DNA from: Patescibacteria group bacterium
GTDB lineage: Bacteria; Patescibacteriota; Minisyncoccia; Phycocordibacterales; Phycocordibacteraceae
Assembly (NCBI GenBank): GCA_040388985.1
Contig: JAZKAU010000002.1
Location: forward strand, 247,642-311,641
Length of the DNA stretch: 64,000 bases
Direction: 5' to 3'
The position numbers were made by a program, and so were the translations under genes. The notes under the pieces were generated by a model that worked only from the letters and a program-made list of their open reading frames with translations, did no database searches and was not told where the DNA came from. Shown here one piece after another: positions 38,517 to 47,639 of this stretch (its first letter is position 1; each line of letters opens with the position of its first letter).

Positions 38517-38813
38517 ATGAAAGAGAATGACGGTACGGTAGAACGCCTGGCGGCGCTTGCGCGCATATCGGTCGCGCCTGAACGCGCCTCGGCATTTGGA
38601 AAAGAATTTTCGAGCATACTCACGTATATCGGCCAGCTTGACGAACTAACGCTTCCGAACCAGGGAGCGCCGGAGGCGCCTCTGCATCACAACGCCTTCC
38701 GGGACGATGGCGAGGCGTACATTCCGGGAACATGGACGGAGACGCTCGTGCGCGCCTTCCCGTTCAAGCGAGGGAGTACGCTTCAGGTAAAGAAGATTAT
38801 CACGCATGACTAA
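38517..38813 (+). CDS. gatC: Asp/Glu-tRNA amidotransferase subunit C
   Basis: LAALARI...ILTYIGQL...FRDD; overlaps gatA. Confidence 0.85.
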   Translation: MKENDGTVERLAALARISVAPERASAFGKEFSSILTYIGQLDELTLPNQGAPEAPLHHNAFRDDGEAYIPGTWTETLVRAFPFKRGSTLQVKKIITHD

Positions 38814-40242
38814 GCCTTTGAATGAATTGTCCATACAGGAGGCAGCGAGCGCGCTTCGCGCGCGCGAGTGCACCGTCCGCGAACTGTGGGATGCCTGCAG
38901 CACTGCAGCCCATGCACGTAATGCTGAGCTGAATGCGTATCTCGAACTTTTTGACGCTGATGAAGAAGCGATAGCTGCGGCGCAGGCGCGCATCGACTCG
39001 GAAGGGGAGACCGCTCCGAAGCTCTGCGGCATGCCGCTTGCCATCAAGGACAACATACTTATCAGAGGACACGTCGCGAGCGCGGCGAGCAAGATGCTCG
39101 AGAATTACGAAGCCGCGTACGACGCTACCGTAATAGAAAAGCTCAAAGCCGCAGGCGCGCTCTTCCTCGGTCGCACGAACATGGACGAGTTTGCCATGGG
39201 GAGTTCCACCGAAAATTCTGCCTATGGTCCCGTACGTAATCCGCTTGATGTCGCGCGTGTCCCGGGCGGCTCTTCTGGAGGTTCTGCAAGCGCGGTTGCG
39301 GCGCACATCGCGCTTGCGTCGCTCGGCACCGACACGGGCGGTTCTATCCGTCAGCCCGCAGCGCATTGCGGGTTGGTCGGGCTCAAGCCAACCTACGGCG
39401 CCGTGTCTCGCTATGGCGCAATAGCGCTCGGTAGCAGTCTCGATCAGATAGGACCGCTCGGGAAGACCGTGGCGGACGTACAGGCCGTATACGAAGCCAT
39501 CGCAGGGACCGATCCGATGGATCTGACTACTATCCCTTCCGGCACCTATCTGTCTACGCCGCCTCCCGCGAGCATGCGCATCGGCGTTCCGCGCCATCTG
39601 CTTGAGACCGGAATCGACGAGGATTTTGCGCAGGCATTTGAGGAAAGCTTGAAGCGCCTCACTGCCGCAGGACACACGCTTGTCGATGTGAGTCTCCCGA
39701 CCAGTTCCTACGCGCTTCCGATGTACTACGTCATCATGCCTGCCGAAGCTTCGACGAATCTCGCGCGCTATGATGGTATGCGCTACGGGCTCGCTTCCCG
39801 CGGAGAGACGCTTCTAGACGATTATACGCAGAGTAAGACCGAAGGGTTCGGAGAAGAGACGAAGCGCCGCATACTGCTCGGTACCTTCGTGCTCTCGAGC
39901 GGCTACATTGACGCTTACTACCGCAAGGCCGAAGCCGCACGTGACGTCCTGCGCGAGGAATACCGTGTTGCCTTCGAGTCCTGCGACGTCATCGCCTTCC
40001 CGACGACGCCATCGCCTGCCTTCAAGTTCGGCGAGAAGAGTGATCCCGTATCCATGTATCTTGAGGATATCTTTACCGTAACCGCGAATATGACCGGCAT
40101 GCCTGCCATTTCCGTACCTATGGGCGCCGTGGACCGCGATGGCAGCACCCTTCCTATAGGCATTCACTTCACCGCTCCCCACGGCGCCGAAGACCATCTG
40201 TTCAAAATAGGCACTGAAGTGGAGAAGAGCCAGGTATACTAA
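38806..40242 (+). CDS. gatA: Asp/Glu-tRNA amidotransferase subunit A
   Basis: KDN, NMDEFAMGSSTE, PGGSSGGSA, GTDTGGSIRQPA, NLARYDG, KRRILLGTFVLS. Confidence 0.97.
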   Translation: MTKPLNELSIQEAASALRARECTVRELWDACSTAAHARNAELNAYLELFDADEEAIAAAQARIDSEGETAPKLCGMPLAIKDNILIRGHVASAASKMLENYEAAYDATVIEKLKAAGALFLGRTNMDEFAMGSSTENSAYGPVRNPLDVARVPGGSSGGSASAVAAHIALASLGTDTGGSIRQPAAHCGLVGLKPTYGAVSRYGAIALGSSLDQIGPLGKTVADVQAVYEAIAGTDPMDLTTIPSGTYLSTPPPASMRIGVPRHLLETGIDEDFAQAFEESLKRLTAAGHTLVDVSLPTSSYALPMYYVIMPAEASTNLARYDGMRYGLASRGETLLDDYTQSKTEGFGEETKRRILLGTFVLSSGYIDAYYRKAEAARDVLREEYRVAFESCDVIAFPTTPSPAFKFGEKSDPVSMYLEDIFTVTANMTGMPAISVPMGAVDRDGSTLPIGIHFTAPHGAEDHLFKIGTEVEKSQVY

Positions 40243-40246
40243 AGAG

Positions 40247-40840
40247 ATGCAACCGACCGAGACTCCGGTACATTTCATCAATCTCGAATACTTCTTCCGG
40301 ATCCTGTACAACCTCCTGCACGGAGGCGGCGTCAGCACCTTCAGCGTAACCGGCCTTCTAGCAACGGCGGCCCACATCTGGCTTGTCTTTACGGTCATCG
40401 CCTATATCTTCTCTCTCGCTGCCATCGGCCTCCTCGTGTATAGCACCATGCGGCTCTATCAGATACGCAAGGAAGAGGAGCCGCGCTACGAGACTATCGA
40501 ACCGGAGGCCGCACGCCAGCACGTCGAGCACTCCCGTTGGTCGTACATCCAAAGCCTTATCGAGAGCGGTCAGGAAAGCGACTGGCGCCAGGCCATCATC
40601 GAAGCGGACATCATGCTCGAGGATACCCTCAGACACGCAGGCTATGCAGGTGAAGGAGTGGGCGATAAGCTCCGCAGTGCGAATCCTGCTCACTTCCGCA
40701 CGCTCCAGGACGCAGGTGAGGCCCACGGCGTGCGCAACCGCATCGCCCACGACGGCTCGGCCTACCAGCTCACGAACCACACCGCCTATCAGGCCATACA
40801 GAAATACCAGAATGTATTTGAGGAGTTCGGCGAGATTTAG
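40247..40840 (+). CDS. Membrane-anchored protein with HEPN-like RxxxxH motif
   Basis: One TM, AIIEADIML helix, HGVRNRIAH. Confidence 0.65.
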   Translation: MQPTETPVHFINLEYFFRILYNLLHGGGVSTFSVTGLLATAAHIWLVFTVIAYIFSLAAIGLLVYSTMRLYQIRKEEEPRYETIEPEAARQHVEHSRWSYIQSLIESGQESDWRQAIIEADIMLEDTLRHAGYAGEGVGDKLRSANPAHFRTLQDAGEAHGVRNRIAHDGSAYQLTNHTAYQAIQKYQNVFEEFGEI

Positions 40841-40842
40841 GC

Positions 40843-40870
40843 TTGCAGTATCCATAAAAGACCGTATACT
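40843..40870 (+). promoter_or_regulatory. Putative promoter for the tRNA-Met gene
   Basis: TTGCAG, 16-bp spacer, TATACT. Confidence 0.55.
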
Positions 40871-40952
40871 ATGGATATAGCGAGCGAAGCATCGGGGATT
40901 TTCCCAAAGCGAGAGGCTAAGATGCAGAGCTTCGTTAGATAAAAATAAAAAT

Positions 40953-41290
40953 AGCGGGGTAGAGGAGTGGTACCTCGGGAGGCTCATCAAAAGGTGACCC
41001 TATCCGGTAACGGGTAGCGGAAAAACTCTCTAAATTGCTGGAATACCGTTAGAGCTTTCTGTGCTACAACGTGATTCGAAAGGGTGAGCGTGAATGCTTG
41101 AAAAACGGAAAGATTCGGCAATCAGCAGCCAAGCCGAGCCCATTCTAACGAATAGGCTCGGAAGGTTCAGAGACTATAATGGGAGGATCCCGCATCTATT
41201 AAGATTTGGGATCATGGTATAGTCCATTCCTGTTGGAAACATCAGGTGTAAAAGAACCTCCAGGCGCCGGTTCAATTCCGGCCCCCGCAA
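40953..41290 (+). tRNA. Intron-containing tRNA-Met(CAT), initiator-like; exons 40953-40987 and 41255-41290
   Basis: Joined exons: AGCGGGG TA GAGG AGTGGTA CCTC G GGAGG CTCAT^AA CCTCC AGGC GCCGG TTCAATT CCGGC CCCCGCA A. The 1:72 mismatch and A11-U24 pair are initiator hallmarks. Confidence 0.92.
40988..41254 (+). ncRNA. Group I self-splicing intron (267 nt, no ORF)
   Basis: P AAATTGCTGGAA (41032), Q AATCAGCAGCC (41120), R GTTCAGAGACTA (41165), S GGTATAGTCC (about 41216). P1 TCAT^C-AAAA-GGTGA gives a U.G pair at the 5' splice site; terminal G at 41254. Confidence 0.93.
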
Positions 41291-41358
41291 CACGGTTGTG
41301 ATAGTGGAACCAAGACCGGTTCCCCTCAGAGATTAGTTCAGTACCGGTCCGAGTCAAT

Positions 41359-41392
41359 GCAGAGAAAGGCGCCGAGAGGCGCCTTTCTCTGC
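41359..41392 (+). terminator. Terminator hairpin after the tRNA
   Basis: 15-bp stem GCAGAGAAAGGCGCC/GGCGCCTTTCTCTGC with GAGA loop. Confidence 0.75.
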
Positions 41393-41429
41393 TCCGAATA
41401 AAACGTCAAATGCGCTATACTTTCAGAAC

Positions 41430-43988
41430 ATGCCCAATCTTCTTGTTCTTTCAGGGCTACAAAAGAAAACTTCCGCGTTCGTAGTGGTATGTATATTCGT
41501 TTGTGCTTTTCCCGTCTCCTTGGTGCACGCGGCTTCGGTGCCAGTGGTCGGATTCAATAACCAGCCGAGCCAGACATCCGATACAGCCGTTACTATAGAT
41601 GTTCATATCAATGATACTGAAAGCGATCCGTCCTCTATTTCCATTCGCTATTCGCTTGACGGGGGAAATATCTGGCACGATGCCATGCACCTTTCCGGCG
41701 CTTCTTTTCCCATATCAGGCAATAGCGTTACTGGAATAACGACTTATGGCGATGGTCCGAATAACCGTTCGAACGTAGCATTCCATTGGGATTTCAGCGC
41801 AGAGCCCGGAATCGCGAGCTCTACCGAGACGGAAATAGAAGTGACTCCCCATGATGCTTCTGGCGACGGCGAACCGATCGTGTCAGATCCGTTCATGCTT
41901 ACGGCGCCGACGCCACCAGCCTCACCACCCGTGTTCGCGGAAGACTCAGGAGCGGTGACGGACATCACGCAGACGTCCGTCATCGTGCACTACGACATGA
42001 GCAGTGAAGGTTCTGCTCCGCTCTCGCATTTCGAACTCGATTACGCGAGCGATGCGTATTATCTCGCGCACGCCTCTTACGCGGAACACACGCCCATTAC
42101 GTTCTCGGGAGCATTTGCCGACTCAGGTGCCACTAATGTTACCGGCCTTTCCTGCGGTGCGATGTACCACTTCGCGCAGACGTTCACGAATGGTGACGGA
42201 CAATCCGCGACTTCCACCGATGCGACTTTCACGACAAGCCCATGCGACGGGGGAGGCGATGGCGGAGGAACGCCGTTCACCGAAGGCGATGGTTCGAGCA
42301 ATACACCGTTCATCGTGGATGACTGTACGCAGATTCCGACGATAAACGACGATTTGAGCGCGGCATACCTCCTTGATGCGAACCTCGACTGTCGCGAGAT
42401 GGGTACCGATGTCATGATAGGCGGTTTTGGCATGAATCCCTTCACGGGAACGTTCGATGGTGGCGGGCATTCTATTGCCATTGACATAGAGAACGCGGGC
42501 CAGCCAGGCATGGGTCTTTTCCGCTCGCTGTATGGAGCAACCGTGCACGACCTCGCCATAGCGCCTGACAGCATAGTTCTTGGTCAAGATGTAGACGGGA
42601 GCATTGCCGGTTTTGCATATAACTCGACCCTGACGCGCGTGGGATCAGCAGCCTTCGTCGTATCCGCAGCTACGACGCCTCAGTTTCCGCTTGCCGGAAC
42701 GGGCGGACTCGTCGGCGCGCTCTTTAGCTCGCAGATATACGGATCGGAATTCACGGGCATCGCCGCCTCGCCTTTTATCGTCGGTGGCATCGCAGGCCTT
42801 GTCATGAATGATCTTTCTGACGGACCACCGTCATTGATCTCGCGTTCGGATTCGGTCGGAGGTATATATAGCGGACTTTCTGCGGGCGGCGTCGCAGGCT
42901 ATCTCGATGGCGGGTCACAAATCCGTAATAGCTACTCAAGCAGCACGGTGCAGTTCAATGACGAGTTTGCGGGTTCTGATCCGCAGACGGGCGGCTTCGG
43001 CGGCCTTGTAGGCGTCATGGCCAGCGGCATCATATCCCGTAGTTATGCCGCAGGCTCTGTTGCCGCTGGCCCAGACTCAGTATTCTTCCCGTCAGGCGGC
43101 CTTGTCGGTTTCATGGAGTCGCCGGACGCACGTATCGTGCATTCGTTCGCCGCGCCGAACATTACGACTGATGGGGCTCCCGTCGGAGGATTCGTTGGTG
43201 GCGTGAATGAATCGGAAACACCGTTAACAGGGTTATATGATGACTATTTCGACACGCTAAGGACTGAAGAGACCGTGTGTGTTTCCGGCGATACTAGTGC
43301 ACGAGCCGATTGTACGGGCGTAGACGGTAGCGCGAGCGGATACTGGCTCAACACGCATGATACGCCGATAGCGGCATGGAACATTTCTGAAGTGTGGGAT
43401 GTTTCTGGTGAGCATGATGGATTTCCACTCCTTCTCGGATATGCGGGTCCAGAAACAGAAGAATCAGATGCACGCGATTCTGGCGAAGACAGCGTTAGCG
43501 AGGATATTCCTCTTCCTTCGCATCATTCGGGCAGCGCGCCGTCTAAGCGCAGCGTGCTGAGTCGCCTCGACACGTATCTCAAGAATGGAGACAGCAAAGG
43601 CCTGGCGGAGTACGTGCAGCGTAACCAAGGACGTCTCGATCAATATGTCGAACAAGGTCAAGCGCTTCCTCCCGAAGTCGCGTCGCTTCTCAGTATCGGG
43701 CCTGCGGCCGCGCCTGTCGTCGTCGTGACGTATCCGCTTCGGAACCTTCAGAAAGGGATGGCGGGTGGCGATGTGAGCGCGCTCCAGACGCTCCTCATAA
43801 AGGAGGCGGCAGGGTCGGCCGCCTCAGTGCTTGCGCAGACCGGTGCAACGGGTTATTTCGGTCCGCTGACTCAAGCAGCGCTCGCTGAATATCAGAAAGC
43901 GCACGGTATCGTCCCGTCTGCCGGTTACTTCGGTCCGCTCACGCAAGCGTTGATGAAAGCTGCGGGATTGACGGGACTGTGGTGGTAG
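41430..43988 (+). CDS. Large secreted acidic protein with GLUG-like repeats and a C-terminal peptidoglycan-binding domain
   Basis: Signal peptide, FN3-like domain, GDGSSNTPFIV, FTGTFDGGGH, repeated GGLVG, RNLQKG...GYFGPLTQAAL. Confidence 0.85.
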   Translation: MPNLLVLSGLQKKTSAFVVVCIFVCAFPVSLVHAASVPVVGFNNQPSQTSDTAVTIDVHINDTESDPSSISIRYSLDGGNIWHDAMHLSGASFPISGNSVTGITTYGDGPNNRSNVAFHWDFSAEPGIASSTETEIEVTPHDASGDGEPIVSDPFMLTAPTPPASPPVFAEDSGAVTDITQTSVIVHYDMSSEGSAPLSHFELDYASDAYYLAHASYAEHTPITFSGAFADSGATNVTGLSCGAMYHFAQTFTNGDGQSATSTDATFTTSPCDGGGDGGGTPFTEGDGSSNTPFIVDDCTQIPTINDDLSAAYLLDANLDCREMGTDVMIGGFGMNPFTGTFDGGGHSIAIDIENAGQPGMGLFRSLYGATVHDLAIAPDSIVLGQDVDGSIAGFAYNSTLTRVGSAAFVVSAATTPQFPLAGTGGLVGALFSSQIYGSEFTGIAASPFIVGGIAGLVMNDLSDGPPSLISRSDSVGGIYSGLSAGGVAGYLDGGSQIRNSYSSSTVQFNDEFAGSDPQTGGFGGLVGVMASGIISRSYAAGSVAAGPDSVFFPSGGLVGFMESPDARIVHSFAAPNITTDGAPVGGFVGGVNESETPLTGLYDDYFDTLRTEETVCVSGDTSARADCTGVDGSASGYWLNTHDTPIAAWNISEVWDVSGEHDGFPLLLGYAGPETEESDARDSGEDSVSEDIPLPSHHSGSAPSKRSVLSRLDTYLKNGDSKGLAEYVQRNQGRLDQYVEQGQALPPEVASLLSIGPAAAPVVVVTYPLRNLQKGMAGGDVSALQTLLIKEAAGSAASVLAQTGATGYFGPLTQAALAEYQKAHGIVPSAGYFGPLTQALMKAAGLTGLWW

Positions 43989-44057
43989 GCCGGTTCAATT
44001 CTGGCCCTCGCTAAGGACGTTCCATTTTTGATGCGATGCCCATCCTGGCGGTGAATG

Positions 44058-44091
44058 AACGCAAAAGCCGCCCAAGGGCGGCTTTTGCGTT
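44058..44091. terminator. Bidirectional terminator between convergent genes
   Basis: AACGCAAAAGCCGCCC-AA-GGGCGGCTTTTGCGTT. Confidence 0.75.
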
Positions 44092-44113
44092 TGTACGTAC
44101 CGAATCTTCGTAT

Positions 44114-44326
44114 TTAGGACGCGCGCATATAGCACTTGCAGCCCCCGCCCATCCACTTCACGAGGCCGGCGAGAATCACCAGGATCGGCCACGCGACGCT
44201 CGTAAAGCTGACCGTAACGACGTTCAGCGCCTCAAGCAAGAAGAGGAGGCCGAGCAGGATGATGAGAACGGGCATGGTCTTGTGGTGTCCGCAGGAGCAC
44301 GCCGGGGCGTTATTCATGTGATTCAT
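44114..44326 (-). CDS. Small two-TM protein with CxCxHH and CxC motifs
   Basis: CSCGHH, two TMs with WPILVILAG, then CKC. Confidence 0.7.
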   Translation of the reverse strand: MNHMNNAPACSCGHHKTMPVLIILLGLLFLLEALNVVTVSFTSVAWPILVILAGLVKWMGGGCKCYMRAS

Positions 44327-44435
44327 ACTTGAATACAGGCAGGTTACGGCTTATAGGATTACTCTATAATCATACCCCGAATATCAGGGCCGCCCGAAGT
44401 CAGGGTGCATAACGCCTGTTAGAATAAAGTTATCT

Positions 44436-45023
44436 ATGGAAGCTAACCCGCTCTTACGGAAAGGACTTTTTCTCGAATATCTAACGCTGGGCTGGAATGT
44501 CGTCGGGTCCGTAATCGCGGTATGGGCAGGTATTCAGGCATCTTCCCTCGCGATCTTCGGTTTCGGCATCGACTCAGTCATAGAGATATTCGCTTCCGTC
44601 GTGGTGGTCTGGCAGTTGAAAGCTATCAATACGGACAATGAGCGCTTCGCGCTCAAGCTCATCGGCGCGGCATTCATGGCGCTATCCCTCTATCTGCTCG
44701 TGCGCGCAGTCAGTACGCTCGTACACCACGTTCATCCGCAGGCTTCCACGCTCGGCGCGCTCTGGCTTCTTATAACCGCGATAGCCATGTTCCTGCTCGC
44801 GCACGGCAAGAGACGGGTAGGGAAGCAGTTAGGAAATACGGTGCTTCAGGAGGAGGCCATCGTCACGGCTGTTGATGGACTGCTCGCGGCAGCGCTTCTT
44901 CTCGGGGTCCTGCTTGATATGTACCTGGGGTGGTGGTGGGCCGACCCGCTCGCGAGTCTCGTCCTCGTCTATATCGGCGGACGCGAGGCTATCCACATTT
45001 TCGTGGGCAGCCATTCTCATTAA
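44436..45023 (+). CDS. Cation-efflux (CDF)-like membrane protein
   Basis: FGIDSVIE, GWWWADPLASL; transmembrane domain only. Confidence 0.85.
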   Translation: MEANPLLRKGLFLEYLTLGWNVVGSVIAVWAGIQASSLAIFGFGIDSVIEIFASVVVVWQLKAINTDNERFALKLIGAAFMALSLYLLVRAVSTLVHHVHPQASTLGALWLLITAIAMFLLAHGKRRVGKQLGNTVLQEEAIVTAVDGLLAAALLLGVLLDMYLGWWWADPLASLVLVYIGGREAIHIFVGSHSH

Positions 45024-45069
45024 GACTATACTGTGCGTATGTCCGTCCTGAAGCTTTCCTCGCTCTGCT

Positions 45070-46446
45070 ATGTTTGATCCGCGACGCGCAGCATACAAAT
45101 TCTTCAAGGCGCCTGCCGAGGCGCTTGAGAAGACCATAGAATACGCAGAAGCCGGCGAACACGCGCTTGCGAGCAAGAAGCCGCTGCGGCTCGCCGGAGA
45201 ATATTTCAATACGCTCGGGCCCGGCCTCACGACAGGCGCCGCTGATGACGACCCTTCGGGCATCGGCACCTACTCTCAGACCGGCGCGCAGTTCGGCTTC
45301 CAGCTGCTCTGGCTCTCGCTCCTCACTTTCCCGTTCATGGCGATGGTTCAGGAGATGTGCGCGCGCATCGGACTCGTTACGGGGCAGGGACTTGCGGCCA
45401 ATATCCGCAAGTACTATTCACGGCAGACGCTTCATTTCATTACGATCCTTCTCTTCGCCGCAAATGCGCTCAACATCGCCGCGGACCTCGGCGCCATGGC
45501 GGCAAGCACGAAACTTCTTTTTCCGCACATAAGCGTGGCCTTAGTCCTCATATTATTCGCGCTTGTGAGCCTATTGCTCCAGATATTCACTACGTACGCG
45601 CGGTATGCCAGGTTCCTGAAATACACGGCGCTCGCGCTCCTCGCCTACGTCTTCACCGCCTTTGCCGTTCATGTCGACTGGGCGGCGGCGCTTCGCGGCA
45701 CCGTCATCCCTACCTTGCAGCTGTCCAAGGATCAGCTTTTCCTCCTCTGCGCCATTCTCGGTACCACCATATCGCCCTATCTCTTCTTCTGGCAGACCTC
45801 CCAGGAAGTCGAAGAAGATATCCTCAAAGGGGAGAAGACAGTAGCGCAGCGCAAGGCCGCGGTCGAGCCGCAGGACATCGCGCGCATGCGTGTTGATGTA
45901 TGGACCGGCATGTTCGTCTCGAATCTCATCATGTTCTTCATCATCGCCGCCTGCGCGGCGACGCTCCATGCAAACGGCATCACGAATATCGCCACCGCTG
46001 ACCAGGCCGCCTCAGCCATCCGGCCGTTCGGCGGCGCGCTGACCTACTTCTTCTTCGCGCTCGGCATCATCGGCACGGGACTGCTCGCCGTCCCGGTACT
46101 GGCAGGCTCGAGCGCCTACGCTATCGCTGAGAGTTTCGGCTGGAAGCAGGGTCTCTACCGCAAGCTCAAGCAGGCCTATGCCTTCTACGGCGTCATCATC
46201 GTCTCGATGCTTATCGGCCTGGTCGCGAACTTCATGCACCTGGACCCGATCAAGGGCCTCATCTACTCTGCAGTCGCTAACGGTCTCGTCGCCCCTATCG
46301 TGCTCTTCTACATCGTGCGCATGAGCAGCAACAAGAAGATCATGCATACGAGAAAGAATCATCCGTTCATCACTGTCTGCGGGTGGATCATTACGGTCAT
46401 CATGGTAGTCGCCGGCGCTGCCGCCATCGGCTCGCTTTTCTTCTAG
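45070..46446 (+). CDS. NRAMP-family divalent metal transporter
   Basis: GPGLTTGAADDDPSGIGTYSQ, QEMCARIG, GTTISPYLFFWQ. Confidence 0.92.
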   Translation: MFDPRRAAYKFFKAPAEALEKTIEYAEAGEHALASKKPLRLAGEYFNTLGPGLTTGAADDDPSGIGTYSQTGAQFGFQLLWLSLLTFPFMAMVQEMCARIGLVTGQGLAANIRKYYSRQTLHFITILLFAANALNIAADLGAMAASTKLLFPHISVALVLILFALVSLLLQIFTTYARYARFLKYTALALLAYVFTAFAVHVDWAAALRGTVIPTLQLSKDQLFLLCAILGTTISPYLFFWQTSQEVEEDILKGEKTVAQRKAAVEPQDIARMRVDVWTGMFVSNLIMFFIIAACAATLHANGITNIATADQAASAIRPFGGALTYFFFALGIIGTGLLAVPVLAGSSAYAIAESFGWKQGLYRKLKQAYAFYGVIIVSMLIGLVANFMHLDPIKGLIYSAVANGLVAPIVLFYIVRMSSNKKIMHTRKNHPFITVCGWIITVIMVVAGAAAIGSLFF

Positions 46447-46565
46447 ATTAGACCGAAGCTTTTCATCGCCGCGGCAATAACAGAGCTCAAAGCAAGGTTC
46501 TGAGCCGTCGGCGACAGGGATCAGTACCTAATCGGAAAAGCTGCAAGGTCGTATATACTACTTTC

Positions 46566-47576
46566 ATGTCAATGGAGCGCGCCGCAAAGCGGAATCTCGA
46601 TAGTACTCAGCAACTCTTGGAAAGAGGCCGCATCGCCTCTCCAAACGAATTACAACGGCAACTGACCGAGACCTGGATACTTCCGTATCAAGAGCTAATC
46701 ATAGAGGACGTCGGAGTCCTTCGGAAAGAAGCTGATAAGTCCCTTGAAAAAGATAGCGAGATTCGCCAACAACTCCGAAGCTGGGATAAGAAATACCCAG
46801 AAGGCTTTTGCCGGGAAATCAATGCGGCAGTATACGACCGCATGATGGGAGCGATGTTGGACCGCAGCTTGCCGGGCCTTCAGGCGGTCAAGAACTTCAT
46901 ACGGGAAGGCGGTATCGTACAGAAATTCTGGGGAATCGACAAAGGCCGCTATTTCCAGAATGCGATACAGATAGGAAATTCGATCCTAGACGTTGCGAAC
47001 GACACGGTTGACCCGAGCAAGCCTCCGGTCGTCTTCTACCCGAACATGGGCGAAGCTCCTCTAAAGAACATCGAGACAATAGCAGAGTTCGCAGATGTCG
47101 TGGAAAGCTACTGGGATCGCGAGGTCTATCCGAATATCTATTTCCCGCATCTCGCTCCCGTGTTTCCGGTACTGTCCATAATGGCACCCAGAGGTCCGGT
47201 AAAGGACGAAATTCTTGGATTCGAGACCGATAACCTGATTCTGGCCTTCAACAATATCGGGACCGTGCGTGACGGCCATCTGTTCGGGCTCTCCTCAGAT
47301 TTCATATTTCATAGCACGTATAGCGATAAGCGCATTCCTGACGCCATGCTGGCTAACTTATTCGAGAGTGAGAATGTAAGGAAACTGCAAAGACGCCGCC
47401 CGGGCGGCTTATTCGAAGTTACTGATGATCCGGAGAAGGCCAGGGAAGTATTTGCATCCTATCATTACTATCCAGGCATGACGGAGATCCCTAAGTCGTG
47501 CACGGATGATTTTGTGGAGCAAGCCCGATTCGCAAGGGGGCTTGAGCGCGCTATCCTAGCGAAAGTACGAAAATAG
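46566..47576 (+). CDS. Hypothetical protein
   Basis: 336-aa ORF with TATACT 6 nt before the ATG. No family recognised. Confidence 0.65.
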   Translation: MSMERAAKRNLDSTQQLLERGRIASPNELQRQLTETWILPYQELIIEDVGVLRKEADKSLEKDSEIRQQLRSWDKKYPEGFCREINAAVYDRMMGAMLDRSLPGLQAVKNFIREGGIVQKFWGIDKGRYFQNAIQIGNSILDVANDTVDPSKPPVVFYPNMGEAPLKNIETIAEFADVVESYWDREVYPNIYFPHLAPVFPVLSIMAPRGPVKDEILGFETDNLILAFNNIGTVRDGHLFGLSSDFIFHSTYSDKRIPDAMLANLFESENVRKLQRRRPGGLFEVTDDPEKAREVFASYHYYPGMTEIPKSCTDDFVEQARFARGLERAILAKVRK

Positions 47577-47639
47577 CTGCCCCGACTTCTCGGCACGCGT
47601 TCATCATAGGTACATACGAAGCCGGTATATACTTGGAGC

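Noticed and set aside
38517-40242. Missing gatB as a sign of pathway loss
   Set aside because: gatB is often located elsewhere; this cannot be judged from one window.
40988-41254. Intron-encoded homing endonuclease
   Set aside because: The intron is 267 nt and almost entirely core structure; there is no room for an ORF.
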